From a virus: a stretch of DNA of 11,283 nt. The stretch lies in the UHGV virus genome UHGV-1552661. One strand, given 5' to 3'. Position 1 is the first letter of the stretch. Every line of letters starts with the position of its first letter. Shown piece after piece: positions 1-7,678 of this stretch. Made by a program: the position numbers and the translations under genes. The notes beneath the pieces were generated by a model. The model was not told the DNA's origin, did not search any database, and worked only from the letters and a program-made list of their open reading frames with translations.

Positions 1-22
1 CGGAGATGTGTATAAGAGACAG
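1..22 (+). other. Sequencing-adapter remnant: 3' end of Illumina Nextera read-2 adapter including the 19-nt Tn5 mosaic end AGATGTGTATAAGAGACAG
   Basis: Positions 1-22 read CGGAGATGTGTATAAGAGACAG, matching from memory the 3' end of the Nextera transposase adapter (...GGGCTCGG + AGATGTGTATAAGAGACAG). The ATG at position 6 that opens the six-frame ORF lies inside this adapter and is therefore artefactual. Confidence 0.85.
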
Positions 23-23
23 G

Positions 24-383
24 GAATTTGTTAAATCTAAGAAAACTTATAATATGAAACTAGGCGGTATCGGTGGCTTCCCAAAACATAACACAGCGGG
101 TGCTAAAAATGGATTTTACGGTAAATCTCATTCGCGTGAAACTAGATTGAAAATTAGCATTAAATCGTCTAGAAAAAGAGGGCCTAGAGGGCCTAGAGGT
201 AAAACTCTGAAGATGTGTGGCGCCAATAACCCAAGGTATGGCAAAATAGCCCCTAATGCTAAATCTGTTATTATCAACGGCGTTTTATATAAAAGTATTA
301 AAATCGCAGCTAAAGCTCTTAATATAAATTATAGTACCTTAAAGGGGCGAGTTAAAGCGGGGTATTATAAATGTCAGGATTAA
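24..383 (+). CDS. 5'-truncated homing endonuclease (I-TevI/Seg-like GIY-YIG family), C-terminal DNA-binding region only; catalytic domain lies upstream of the contig start
   Basis: Open frame continues from the first native codon (24) with no upstream stop; first native Met is at 54. Translation contains a NUMOD3-like motif [17 protein letters not shown] and a second partial one GANNPRYGK. The C-terminus [30 protein letters not shown] resembles the C-terminal helix-turn-helix of I-TevI (pattern I.DGV.F....AA.....S...V.YRVK, recalled from memory). No GIY-YIG motif is present in the window. Stop TAA at 381-383. Confidence 0.6.
   Translation, partial: EFVKSKKTYNMKLGGIGGFPKHNTAGAKNGFYGKSHSRETRLKISIKSSRKRGPRGPRGKTLKMCGANNPRYGKIAPNAKSVIINGVLYKSIKIAAKALNINYSTLKGRVKAGYYKCQD
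178..198 (+). repeat. Short GC-rich tandem repeat (9-nt unit GGCCTAGAG x2, preceded by GAG) encoding RGPRGPRG in the endonuclease linker
   Basis: gagGGCCTAGAGGGCCTAGAGgt read directly at 178-200; a GC-rich island in an otherwise AT-rich context. Confidence 0.6.
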
Positions 384-664
384 GTTATGATAAGTGTGTT
401 ACTGCTGGCCATGAAGCGTGGCCTCCAACAGTTGTGAATGCTACGCAAAGTAAAGTATTCACTGGAGGAATTGCTGTTCTAGTAGAAGGCGATCCAATTA
501 CAGAACATACAGAAATTAAAAAGCCATATGAAACACATGGCGGAGTGACACAACCCAGAACTTCTAAGGTATATGTCACTGGAAAGAAAGCTGTTCAAAT
601 GGCTGATCCAATATCATGTGGTGATACTGTGGCTCAGGCATCATCTAAAGTATTCATTAAATAG
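371..664 (+). CDS. 5.4: Baseplate central spike tip protein, PAAR-repeat family (T4 gp5.4-like), 97 aa
   Basis: ATG at 371 preceded by a G-rich RBS (GCGGGG, about 9 nt spacer). The 97-aa length and the position immediately upstream of gene 6 match T4 gp5.4. Internal duplicated segment [12 protein letters not shown] / [12 protein letters not shown] with conserved His and Cys residues is typical of PAAR-like spike tips. Confidence 0.85.
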   Translation: MSGLSYDKCVTAGHEAWPPTVVNATQSKVFTGGIAVLVEGDPITEHTEIKKPYETHGGVTQPRTSKVYVTGKKAVQMADPISCGDTVAQASSKVFIK

Positions 665-672
665 GATTTAAA

Positions 673-2655
673 ATGGCAAATACCCCTGTAAATTATCAAT
701 TAACAAGAACAGCAAATGCTATTCCCGAGATATTCGTCGGGGGTACGTTTGCTGAAATAAAACAAAACCTCATTGAATGGCTTAATGGCCAAAATGAATT
801 TTTGGATTATGATTTTGAAGGCTCAAGATTAAACGTTCTGTGTGACCTTTTGGCTTATAATACGCTGTACATTCAGCAGTTTGGTAATGCTGCTGTATAT
901 GAAAGCTTTATGCGTACTGCTAACTTACGAAGCTCAGTTGTTCAAGCTGCACAAGATAACGGATATTTACCTACTTCAAAATCCGCTGCGCAAACCGAAA
1001 TTATGTTAACATGCACCGACGCATTGAATAGGAATTACATTACAATTCCTCGCGGAACTCGCTTTTTAGCATATGCAAAAGATACTTCTGTTAATCCATA
1101 TAACTTCGTTTCTACCGAAGACGTTATTGCTATTCGTGATAAAAATAACCAATATTTTCCGCGTTTAAAATTGGCCCAGGGACGTATAGTAAGAACTGAA
1201 ATCATTTATGATAAATTAACACCTATTATCATTTATGATAAAAATATTGATAGAAACCAGGTTAAATTATATGTTGATGGAGCGGAATGGATTAACTGGA
1301 CGAGAAAGTCAATGGTTCATGCTGGTTCAACATCAACGATTTACTATATGCGTGAAACTATTGATGGAAACACTGAATTCTATTTTGGTGAAGGTGAAAT
1401 TTCTGTTAATGCTTCTGAAGGAGCTTTGACTGCTAATTATATTGGAGGTCTTAAACCTACTCAGAACTCTACGATTGTTATTGAGTACATTAGTACTAAT
1501 GGTGCTGACGCGAACGGAGCAGTCGGATTTTCATACGCAGACACATTAACAAATATAACTGTCATCAATATTAATGAAAATCCAAACGGTGACCCAGATT
1601 TTGTTGGGGCAGATGGAGGCGGTGATCCAGAAGATATTGAGCGTATTCGCGAATTGGGTACTATTAAACGCGAAACCCAGCAACGATGCGTAACTGCGAC
1701 TGACTATGATACATTCGTTTCAGAGAGATTTGGTTCTATTATTCAAGCTGTTCAAACTTTCACTGATTCTACTAAACCCGGGTATGCATTTATTGCTGCT
1801 AAACCTAAATCAGGACTGTATTTAACTACTGTACAGCGTGAAGATATTAAAAATTATCTCAAAGACTATAATTTAGCTCCTATTACGCCATCAATTATTT
1901 CTCCTAATTATCTTTTTATTAAGACTAATTTAAAAGTCACATATGCTTTAAATAAACTGCAAGAATCCGAACAGTGGCTTGAAGGTCAAATAATTGATAA
2001 AATTGATCGCTATTATACCGAAGATGTAGAAATTTTTAACTCATCTTTCGCTAAATCTAAGATGTTAACATATGTAGATGATGCAGATCATTCTGTCATT
2101 GGTTCATCAGCGACTATTCAAATGGTTCGTGAAGTACAAAACTTCTATAAAACGCCTGAAGCGGGTATTAAATACAATAATCAAATAAAAGATCGTTCTA
2201 TGGAATCTAATACGTTTTCATTTAATTCTGGACGAAAGGTTGTAAATCCTGATACTGGTTTAGAAGAAGATGTATTATATGACGTTCGTATAGTATCAAC
2301 AGACCGAGATTCTAAAGGAATTGGTAAAGTTATTATTGGTCCATTTGCTTCTGGCGATGTTACAGAAAATGAAAACATTCAGCCGTATACAGGCAACGAT
2401 TTTAACAAATTAGCAAATTCTGATGGACGCGACAAATACTATGTTATCGGTGAAATAAATTATCCGGCTGACATGATTTATTGGAATATCGCTAAAATTA
2501 ATTTAACATCTGAAAAATTTGAGGTTCAGACTATTGAATTATATTCTGACCCAACCGATGATGTTATCTTTACCCGTGACGGTTCACTGATTGTATTTGA
2601 AAATGATTTACGTCCACAATACTTAACTATCGATTTGGAGCCTATATCACAATGA
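673..2655 (+). CDS. 6: Baseplate wedge subunit gp6, 660 aa
   Basis: Long ORF starting 8 nt after the 5.4 stop, with RBS AGGA upstream. Length 660 aa equals T4 gp6; synteny 5.4-6-7-8. Stop overlaps the gene 7 start (ATGA at 2652-2655). Confidence 0.9.
   Translation: MANTPVNYQLTRTANAIPEIFVGGTFAEIKQNLIEWLNGQNEFLDYDFEGSRLNVLCDLLAYNTLYIQQFGNAAVYESFMRTANLRSSVVQAAQDNGYLPTSKSAAQTEIMLTCTDALNRNYITIPRGTRFLAYAKDTSVNPYNFVSTEDVIAIRDKNNQYFPRLKLAQGRIVRTEIIYDKLTPIIIYDKNIDRNQVKLYVDGAEWINWTRKSMVHAGSTSTIYYMRETIDGNTEFYFGEGEISVNASEGALTANYIGGLKPTQNSTIVIEYISTNGADANGAVGFSYADTLTNITVININENPNGDPDFVGADGGGDPEDIERIRELGTIKRETQQRCVTATDYDTFVSERFGSIIQAVQTFTDSTKPGYAFIAAKPKSGLYLTTVQREDIKNYLKDYNLAPITPSIISPNYLFIKTNLKVTYALNKLQESEQWLEGQIIDKIDRYYTEDVEIFNSSFAKSKMLTYVDDADHSVIGSSATIQMVREVQNFYKTPEAGIKYNNQIKDRSMESNTFSFNSGRKVVNPDTGLEEDVLYDVRIVSTDRDSKGIGKVIIGPFASGDVTENENIQPYTGNDFNKLANSDGRDKYYVIGEINYPADMIYWNIAKINLTSEKFEVQTIELYSDPTDDVIFTRDGSLIVFENDLRPQYLTIDLEPISQ
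1201..1242 (+). repeat. 15-nt exact direct repeat ATCATTTATGATAAA (1201-1215 and 1228-1242) inside gene 6, 27-nt offset, encoding IIYDK...IIYDK
   Basis: Read directly from the sequence; in-frame 9-codon periodicity suggests a local duplication or a repeated structural motif. Confidence 0.5.
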
Positions 2656-5600
2656 CAGTAAAAGCACCTTCAGTCACTAGTCTCAGAATTTCCAAGTTAT
2701 CCGCAAATCAGGTGCAAGTACGCTGGGATGACGTTGGTGCTAATTTCTACTATTTTGTAGAAATCGCTGAGACAAAAACGGACTCGGGGGAAAATCTCCC
2801 GAGCGATCAATATCGTTGGATTAATTTAGGATATACTGCAAATAACAGCTTCTTTTTTGATGATGCTGATCCATTAACAACATACATTATTAGAGTAGCC
2901 ACAGCTGCGCAAGATTTTGAGCAGTCTGATTGGATTTATACCGAAGAGTTTGAAACTTTTGCTACGAATGCTTACACATTTCAAAACATGATTGAAATGC
3001 AATTAGCCAATAAATTCATTCAGGAAAAATTTACTCTTAACAATTCTAATTATGTCAATTTTAATAATGACACTATAATGGCTGCATTGATGAATGAATC
3101 GTTTCAATTCAGCCCATCATATGCTGATGTCTCATCAATTAGTAATTTTATTATTGGTGAAAATGAATACCATGAAATACAGGGTTCTATTCAACAAGTA
3201 TGTAAGGATATTAATCGAGTTTATTTGATGGAATCAGAAGGGATTCTATATCTTTTTGAGCGTTATCAACCCGTGGTTAAAGTATCTAATGATAAAGGAC
3301 AAACCTGGAAAGCTGTAAAGCTCTTCAATGACCGTGTAGGATATCCTTTATCTAAGACAGTATATTACCAATCTGCGAACACAACATACGTTCTAGGATA
3401 CGACAAGATTTTCTACGGCCGTAAATCTACTGATGTTAGATGGTCAGCTGATGATGTCAGATTTAGTTCGCAAGATATAACATTCGCTAAACTTGGCGAC
3501 CAATTACATCTAGGATTTGATGTAGAAATTTTTGCGACTTACGCGACTTTACCTGCGAATGTATACCGCATTGCAGAAGCTATTACTTGCACCGATGATT
3601 ACATTTACGTTGTCGCCAGAGACAAAGTTAGATACATAAAAACAAGTAATGCACCTATAGATTCTGATCCATTATCTCCAACATATTCGGAAAGGCTTTT
3701 TGAACCTGATACCATGACTATAACCGGAAATCCTAAAGCAGTATGCTATAAAATGGATTCTATCGGTGATAAAGTTTTTGCTCTTATTATTGGTGAAGTT
3801 GAAACATTAAATGCTAATCCTAGAACATCAAAAATAATTGATTCTGCTGATAAGGGAATATATGTTTTAAATCATGACACAAAAACATGGAAAAGAGTTT
3901 TTGGCAACACTGAAGAAGAAAGAAGACGTATTCAACCGGGGTACGCGAATATGTCAACTGATGGTAAATTAGTTTCTCTATCTTCGAGTAATTTTAAATT
4001 TTTAAGTGATAACGTTGTTAATGATCCTGAAACTGCAGTAAAATACCAGTTAATCGGTGCCGTTAAATATGAATTTCCTCGTGAATGGTTAGCTGATAAG
4101 CATTATCATATGATGGCATTTATAGCAGATGAAAAGTCTGATTGGGAAACTTTTACGCCTCAGCCAATGAAATACTATGCAGAACCATTCTTTAACTGGT
4201 CTAAAAAATCTAACACACGGTGTTGGATAAACAACTCTGATAGAGCTGTAGTAGTTTATGCTGATTTAAAATACACTAAAGTTATTGAAAATTTTCCAGA
4301 AACATCTCCAGATAGATTAGTTCATGAATACTGGGATGACGGCGATTGCACTATAGTAATGCCAAATGTTAAATTCACTGGATTTAAAAAATATGCATCT
4401 GGGATGCTTTTCTATAAAGCCTCCGGTGAAATAATTTCTTACTATGATTTTAACTATCGTGTGAGAGATACAGTAGAAATTATTTGGAAGCCAACTGGAA
4501 TATTTTTAAAAGCATTTTTACAAAACCAAGAGCATGAAACTCCTTGGTCGCCTGAAGAAGAGCATGGATTAGCTGACCCTGATTTAAGACCATTGATTGG
4601 CACAATGATGCCTGATTCTTATTTACTACAAGATTCGAATTTTGAGGCATTTTGCGAAGCATATATTCAGTATCTTTCTGATGGATATGGAACTCAGTAT
4701 AACAATTTACGAAATTTAATTCGTAATCAGTATCCACGAGAAGAGCATGCATGGGAATATTTGTGGTCAGAGATATATAAAAGAAACATTTATTTGAACG
4801 CGGATAAGCGAGATGCTGTTGCAAGATTTTTTGAATCACGTAGCTATGATTTTTATTCTACTAAAGGAATTGAAGCATCATACAAGTTTCTTTTTAAAGT
4901 TCTTTATAATGAAGAAGTTGAAATTGAAATTGAATCTGGGGCTGGTACTGAATATGACATAATCGTTCAATCTGATTCTTTGACTGAAGATTTAGTAGGA
5001 CAAACGATTTATACAGCCACAGGAAGATGTAATGTTACTTATATAGAAAGAAGTTATTCTAATGGTAAATTGCAATGGACCGTAACTATTCATAATCTTT
5101 TGGGAAGATTAATTGCTGGTCAAGAAGTTAAAGCAGAAAGACTCCCTAGTTTTGAAGGCGAAATTATTCGTGGAGTTAAAGGAAAGGATTTGCTTCAAAA
5201 CAATATAGACTATATTAATAGAAGTAGATCATACTATGTAATGAAAATTAAATCCAATTTACCTTCTTCCCGCTGGAAATCTGACGTTATTCGTTTTGTT
5301 CATCCAGTAGGATTTGGATTTATAGCAATTACCCTTTTAACGATGTTTATTAATGTTGGTTTAACTCTTAAACATACAGAGACTATAATTAATAAATACA
5401 AAAACTATAAATGGGATTCTGGATTGCCTACTGAATATGCTGATAGAGTAGCTAAATTAACTCCAACCGGTGAAATTGAGTATGATTCAGTAACAGGCGA
5501 AGCAATTTATGAGCCTGGCCCAATGGCTGGTGTAGAATATCCTCTTCCTGATGACTATAATGCTGAAAATAATAATTCAATATTTCAAGGTCAATTGCCG

Positions 5601-5750
5601 TCTGAACGACGTAAATTAATGAGTCCCCTATTTGATGCTTCTGGAACAACATTTGCGCAATTTAGGGATTTAGTTAATAAACGTCTAAAAGATAATATAG
5701 GAAATCCAAGAGACCCTGAAAATCCAACACAGGTTAAAATAGATGAATGA
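2652..5750 (+). CDS. 7: Baseplate wedge subunit gp7, 1032 aa
   Basis: ORF of 1032 aa, identical in length to T4 gp7. Start overlaps the gene 6 stop (ATGA); RBS GGAG about 11 nt upstream. Stop TGA at 5748-5750 overlaps the gene 8 start. Confidence 0.9.
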   Translation: MTVKAPSVTSLRISKLSANQVQVRWDDVGANFYYFVEIAETKTDSGENLPSDQYRWINLGYTANNSFFFDDADPLTTYIIRVATAAQDFEQSDWIYTEEFETFATNAYTFQNMIEMQLANKFIQEKFTLNNSNYVNFNNDTIMAALMNESFQFSPSYADVSSISNFIIGENEYHEIQGSIQQVCKDINRVYLMESEGILYLFERYQPVVKVSNDKGQTWKAVKLFNDRVGYPLSKTVYYQSANTTYVLGYDKIFYGRKSTDVRWSADDVRFSSQDITFAKLGDQLHLGFDVEIFATYATLPANVYRIAEAITCTDDYIYVVARDKVRYIKTSNAPIDSDPLSPTYSERLFEPDTMTITGNPKAVCYKMDSIGDKVFALIIGEVETLNANPRTSKIIDSADKGIYVLNHDTKTWKRVFGNTEEERRRIQPGYANMSTDGKLVSLSSSNFKFLSDNVVNDPETAVKYQLIGAVKYEFPREWLADKHYHMMAFIADEKSDWETFTPQPMKYYAEPFFNWSKKSNTRCWINNSDRAVVVYADLKYTKVIENFPETSPDRLVHEYWDDGDCTIVMPNVKFTGFKKYASGMLFYKASGEIISYYDFNYRVRDTVEIIWKPTGIFLKAFLQNQEHETPWSPEEEHGLADPDLRPLIGTMMPDSYLLQDSNFEAFCEAYIQYLSDGYGTQYNNLRNLIRNQYPREEHAWEYLWSEIYKRNIYLNADKRDAVARFFESRSYDFYSTKGIEASYKFLFKVLYNEEVEIEIESGAGTEYDIIVQSDSLTEDLVGQTIYTATGRCNVTYIERSYSNGKLQWTVTIHNLLGRLIAGQEVKAERLPSFEGEIIRGVKGKDLLQNNIDYINRSRSYYVMKIKSNLPSSRWKSDVIRFVHPVGFGFIAITLLTMFINVGLTLKHTETIINKYKNYKWDSGLPTEYADRVAKLTPTGEIEYDSVTGEAIYEPGPMAGVEYPLPDDYNAENNNSIFQGQLPSERRKLMSPLFDASGTTFAQFRDLVNKRLKDNIGNPRDPENPTQVKIDE

Positions 5751-6747
5751 TTCAAGTGTTATCTATCGTGCGATAGTTACTTCAAAATTTAGAACAGAAA
5801 AAATGTTGAATTTTTATAATTCAATTGGGAGTGGTCCGGATAAAAACACTATCTTTATCACATTTGGAAGATCAGAACCGTGGTCATCAAATGAAAATGA
5901 GGTGGGCTTTGCCCCACCTTATCCAACCGATTCTGTATTAGGCGTAACTGACATATGGACGCATATGATGGGAACAGTAAAGGTTCTTCCATCAATGCTT
6001 GATGCAGTTATTCCTCGTCGAGATTGGGGAGATACTAGATATCCGGATCCGTATACATTTAGAATTAACGATATTGTAGTGTGTAACTCAGCTCCTTACA
6101 ACGCTACTGAATCAGGCGCAGGCTGGTTAGTATATCGTTGTTTAGATGTTCCTGATACTGGAATGTGTTCAATCGCATCTTTAACTGATAAGGATGAATG
6201 CCTTAAATTAGGCGGAAAATGGACACCTTCTGTTAGGTCAATGACTCCTCCTGAAGGTCGAGGAGATGCTGAAGGAACAATTGAACCTGGGGACGGGTAT
6301 GTATGGGAATATCTTTTTGAGATTCCGCCTGATGTATCTATAAATAGATGCACGAATGAATATATCGTGGTTCCTTGGCCTGAGGAATTAAAAGAAGACC
6401 CGACTAGATGGGGATATGAAGATAATCTCACTTGGCAACAAGATGATTTTGGATTAATTTACCGGGTTAAGGCAAATACTATCCGTTTTAAAGCATATTT
6501 AGATTCAGTTTATTTTCCTGATGCTGCATTGCCAGGAAATAAAGGATTTAGACAAATATCAATAATCACGAATCCTCTTGAAGCTAAAGCTCATCCAAAT
6601 GACCCAAACGTTAAAGCTGAAAAGGATTATTATGACCCAGAAGATTTAATGAGGCATTCGGGCGAAATGATTTATATGGAAAATAGGCCACCTATTATTA
6701 TGGCAATGGATCAAACAGAAGAAATCAATATTCTGTTTACATTTTAA
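5743..6747 (+). CDS. 8: Baseplate wedge subunit gp8, 334 aa
   Basis: ORF of 334 aa (T4 gp8 length) beginning MNDSSVIYRAIV. ATG at 5743 overlaps the gene 7 stop by 8 nt. Followed by the only intergenic gap, which contains a terminator. Confidence 0.9.
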   Translation: MNDSSVIYRAIVTSKFRTEKMLNFYNSIGSGPDKNTIFITFGRSEPWSSNENEVGFAPPYPTDSVLGVTDIWTHMMGTVKVLPSMLDAVIPRRDWGDTRYPDPYTFRINDIVVCNSAPYNATESGAGWLVYRCLDVPDTGMCSIASLTDKDECLKLGGKWTPSVRSMTPPEGRGDAEGTIEPGDGYVWEYLFEIPPDVSINRCTNEYIVVPWPEELKEDPTRWGYEDNLTWQQDDFGLIYRVKANTIRFKAYLDSVYFPDAALPGNKGFRQISIITNPLEAKAHPNDPNVKAEKDYYDPEDLMRHSGEMIYMENRPPIIMAMDQTEEINILFTF

Positions 6748-6752
6748 ATTAA

Positions 6753-6780
6753 GGGAGCCCATGGGCTCCCTTTTTTCTTT
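6753..6780 (+). terminator. Rho-independent terminator after gene 8: perfect 18-nt palindrome GGGAGCCCATGGGCTCCC (7-bp GC-rich stem, CATG loop) followed by TTTTTTCTTT
   Basis: Palindrome at 6753-6770 is its own reverse complement; a T-run at 6771-6780 follows immediately; it sits 6 nt after the gene 8 stop codon. Confidence 0.75.
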
Positions 6781-6787
6781 ATAAATA
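6780..6787 (+). promoter_or_regulatory. T4-type late promoter core TATAAATA upstream of gene 9
   Basis: Exact TATAAATA at 6780-6787, 25 nt upstream of the gene 9 ATG and followed by RBS AAGGA (about 6800-6804). T4 late promoters (gp55-dependent) consist essentially of this 8-mer at about -10. Confidence 0.6.
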
Positions 6788-6811
6788 TTATAAACTCATA
6801 AGGAAACCGCT

Positions 6812-7678
6812 ATGTTCATTCAAGAACCAAAGAAATTGATTGATACCGGCGAAATTGGTAACGCTTCTACTGGTGATATCTTATTCGACGGTGGTAATAA
6901 AATTAATAGTGATTTTAACGCAATTTATAATGCGTTTGGCGATCAGCGTAAAATGGCAGTAGCAAATGGCACCGGAGCTGATGGTCAAATTATCCATGCT
7001 ACTGGATATTATCAAAAACACTCTATTGCTGAGTATGCAACTCCGGTGAAAGTTGGCACTAGACATGATATTGATACCTCTACTGTAGGTGTTAAAGTTA
7101 TTATTGAAAGAGGCGAACTCGGCGATTGTGTTGAATTCATTAACTCTAATGGATCAATATCAGTTACTAATCCTTTAACAATTCAAGCTATTGATTCAAT
7201 TAAAGGTGTTTCAGGTAATTTAGTAGTAACTAGCCCATATAGTAAAGTAACTTTACGCTGTATTTCATCTGATAATTCTACATCGGTTTGGAATTATTCT
7301 ATTGAAAGTATGTTTGGACAAAAGGAATCACCAGCTGAAGGTACATGGAATATTTCTACATCCGGATCAGTTGATATTCCACTATTTCATCGCACTGAAT
7401 ACAATATGGCTAAATTGTTAGTTACGTGCCAATCGGTAGATGGAAGAAAAATTAAAACGGCAGAAATAAATATTCTTGTAGATACTGTTAATTCAGAAGT
7501 CATTTCTTCTGAATACGCTGTCATGCGGGTTGGAAATGAAATAGAAGAAGACGAAATCGCTAATATTGCATTTAGTATTAAAGAAAATTATGTAACGGCA
7601 ACTATAAGTTCTTCAACTGTCGGTATGAGAGCAGCAGTTAAAGTTATCGCTACGCAGAAAATCGGGGTGGCTCAATAA
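6812..7678 (+). CDS. 9: Baseplate wedge protein gp9 (long tail fibre attachment socket), 288 aa
   Basis: 288-aa ORF (T4 gp9 length) with RBS AAGGA 7 nt upstream. Stop TAA overlaps the gene 10 start (TAATG at 7676-7680). Confidence 0.9.
   Translation: MFIQEPKKLIDTGEIGNASTGDILFDGGNKINSDFNAIYNAFGDQRKMAVANGTGADGQIIHATGYYQKHSIAEYATPVKVGTRHDIDTSTVGVKVIIERGELGDCVEFINSNGSISVTNPLTIQAIDSIKGVSGNLVVTSPYSKVTLRCISSDNSTSVWNYSIESMFGQKESPAEGTWNISTSGSVDIPLFHRTEYNMAKLLVTCQSVDGRKIKTAEINILVDTVNSEVISSEYAVMRVGNEIEEDEIANIAFSIKENYVTATISSSTVGMRAAVKVIATQKIGVAQ

Noticed and set aside
6-23. ATG at position 6 as the start of the first ORF (MCIRDR...)
   Set aside because: These codons lie entirely within the Nextera adapter; the native reading frame simply continues from the contig edge.
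366-373. Near-consensus late promoter TATAAATG overlapping the gene 5.4 start codon
   Set aside because: It deviates from the consensus at the last position and overlaps the ATG itself, so it cannot serve as a promoter for gene 5.4; likely coincidental.
1235-1429. 64-aa + strand ORF in an alternative frame inside gene 6
   Set aside because: It is nested out of frame within gp6, its product is low-complexity (MIKILIETRLNYMLM...), and no RBS or conservation argument is available; most likely spurious.
6339-6346. Second exact TATAAATA inside gene 8
   Set aside because: An 8-mer composed only of A and T is expected to occur by chance in an AT-rich genome. It sits mid-gene with no obvious downstream start/RBS pairing, so it is not called as a promoter, though an internal late promoter cannot be excluded without transcript mapping.
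6753-6770. The 18-nt perfect palindrome as a protein-binding operator or restriction-site cluster (contains CCATGG)
   Set aside because: Its position immediately after a stop codon and its GC-rich stem followed by a T-run are fully explained by an intrinsic terminator; no second copy or half-site elsewhere in the window.
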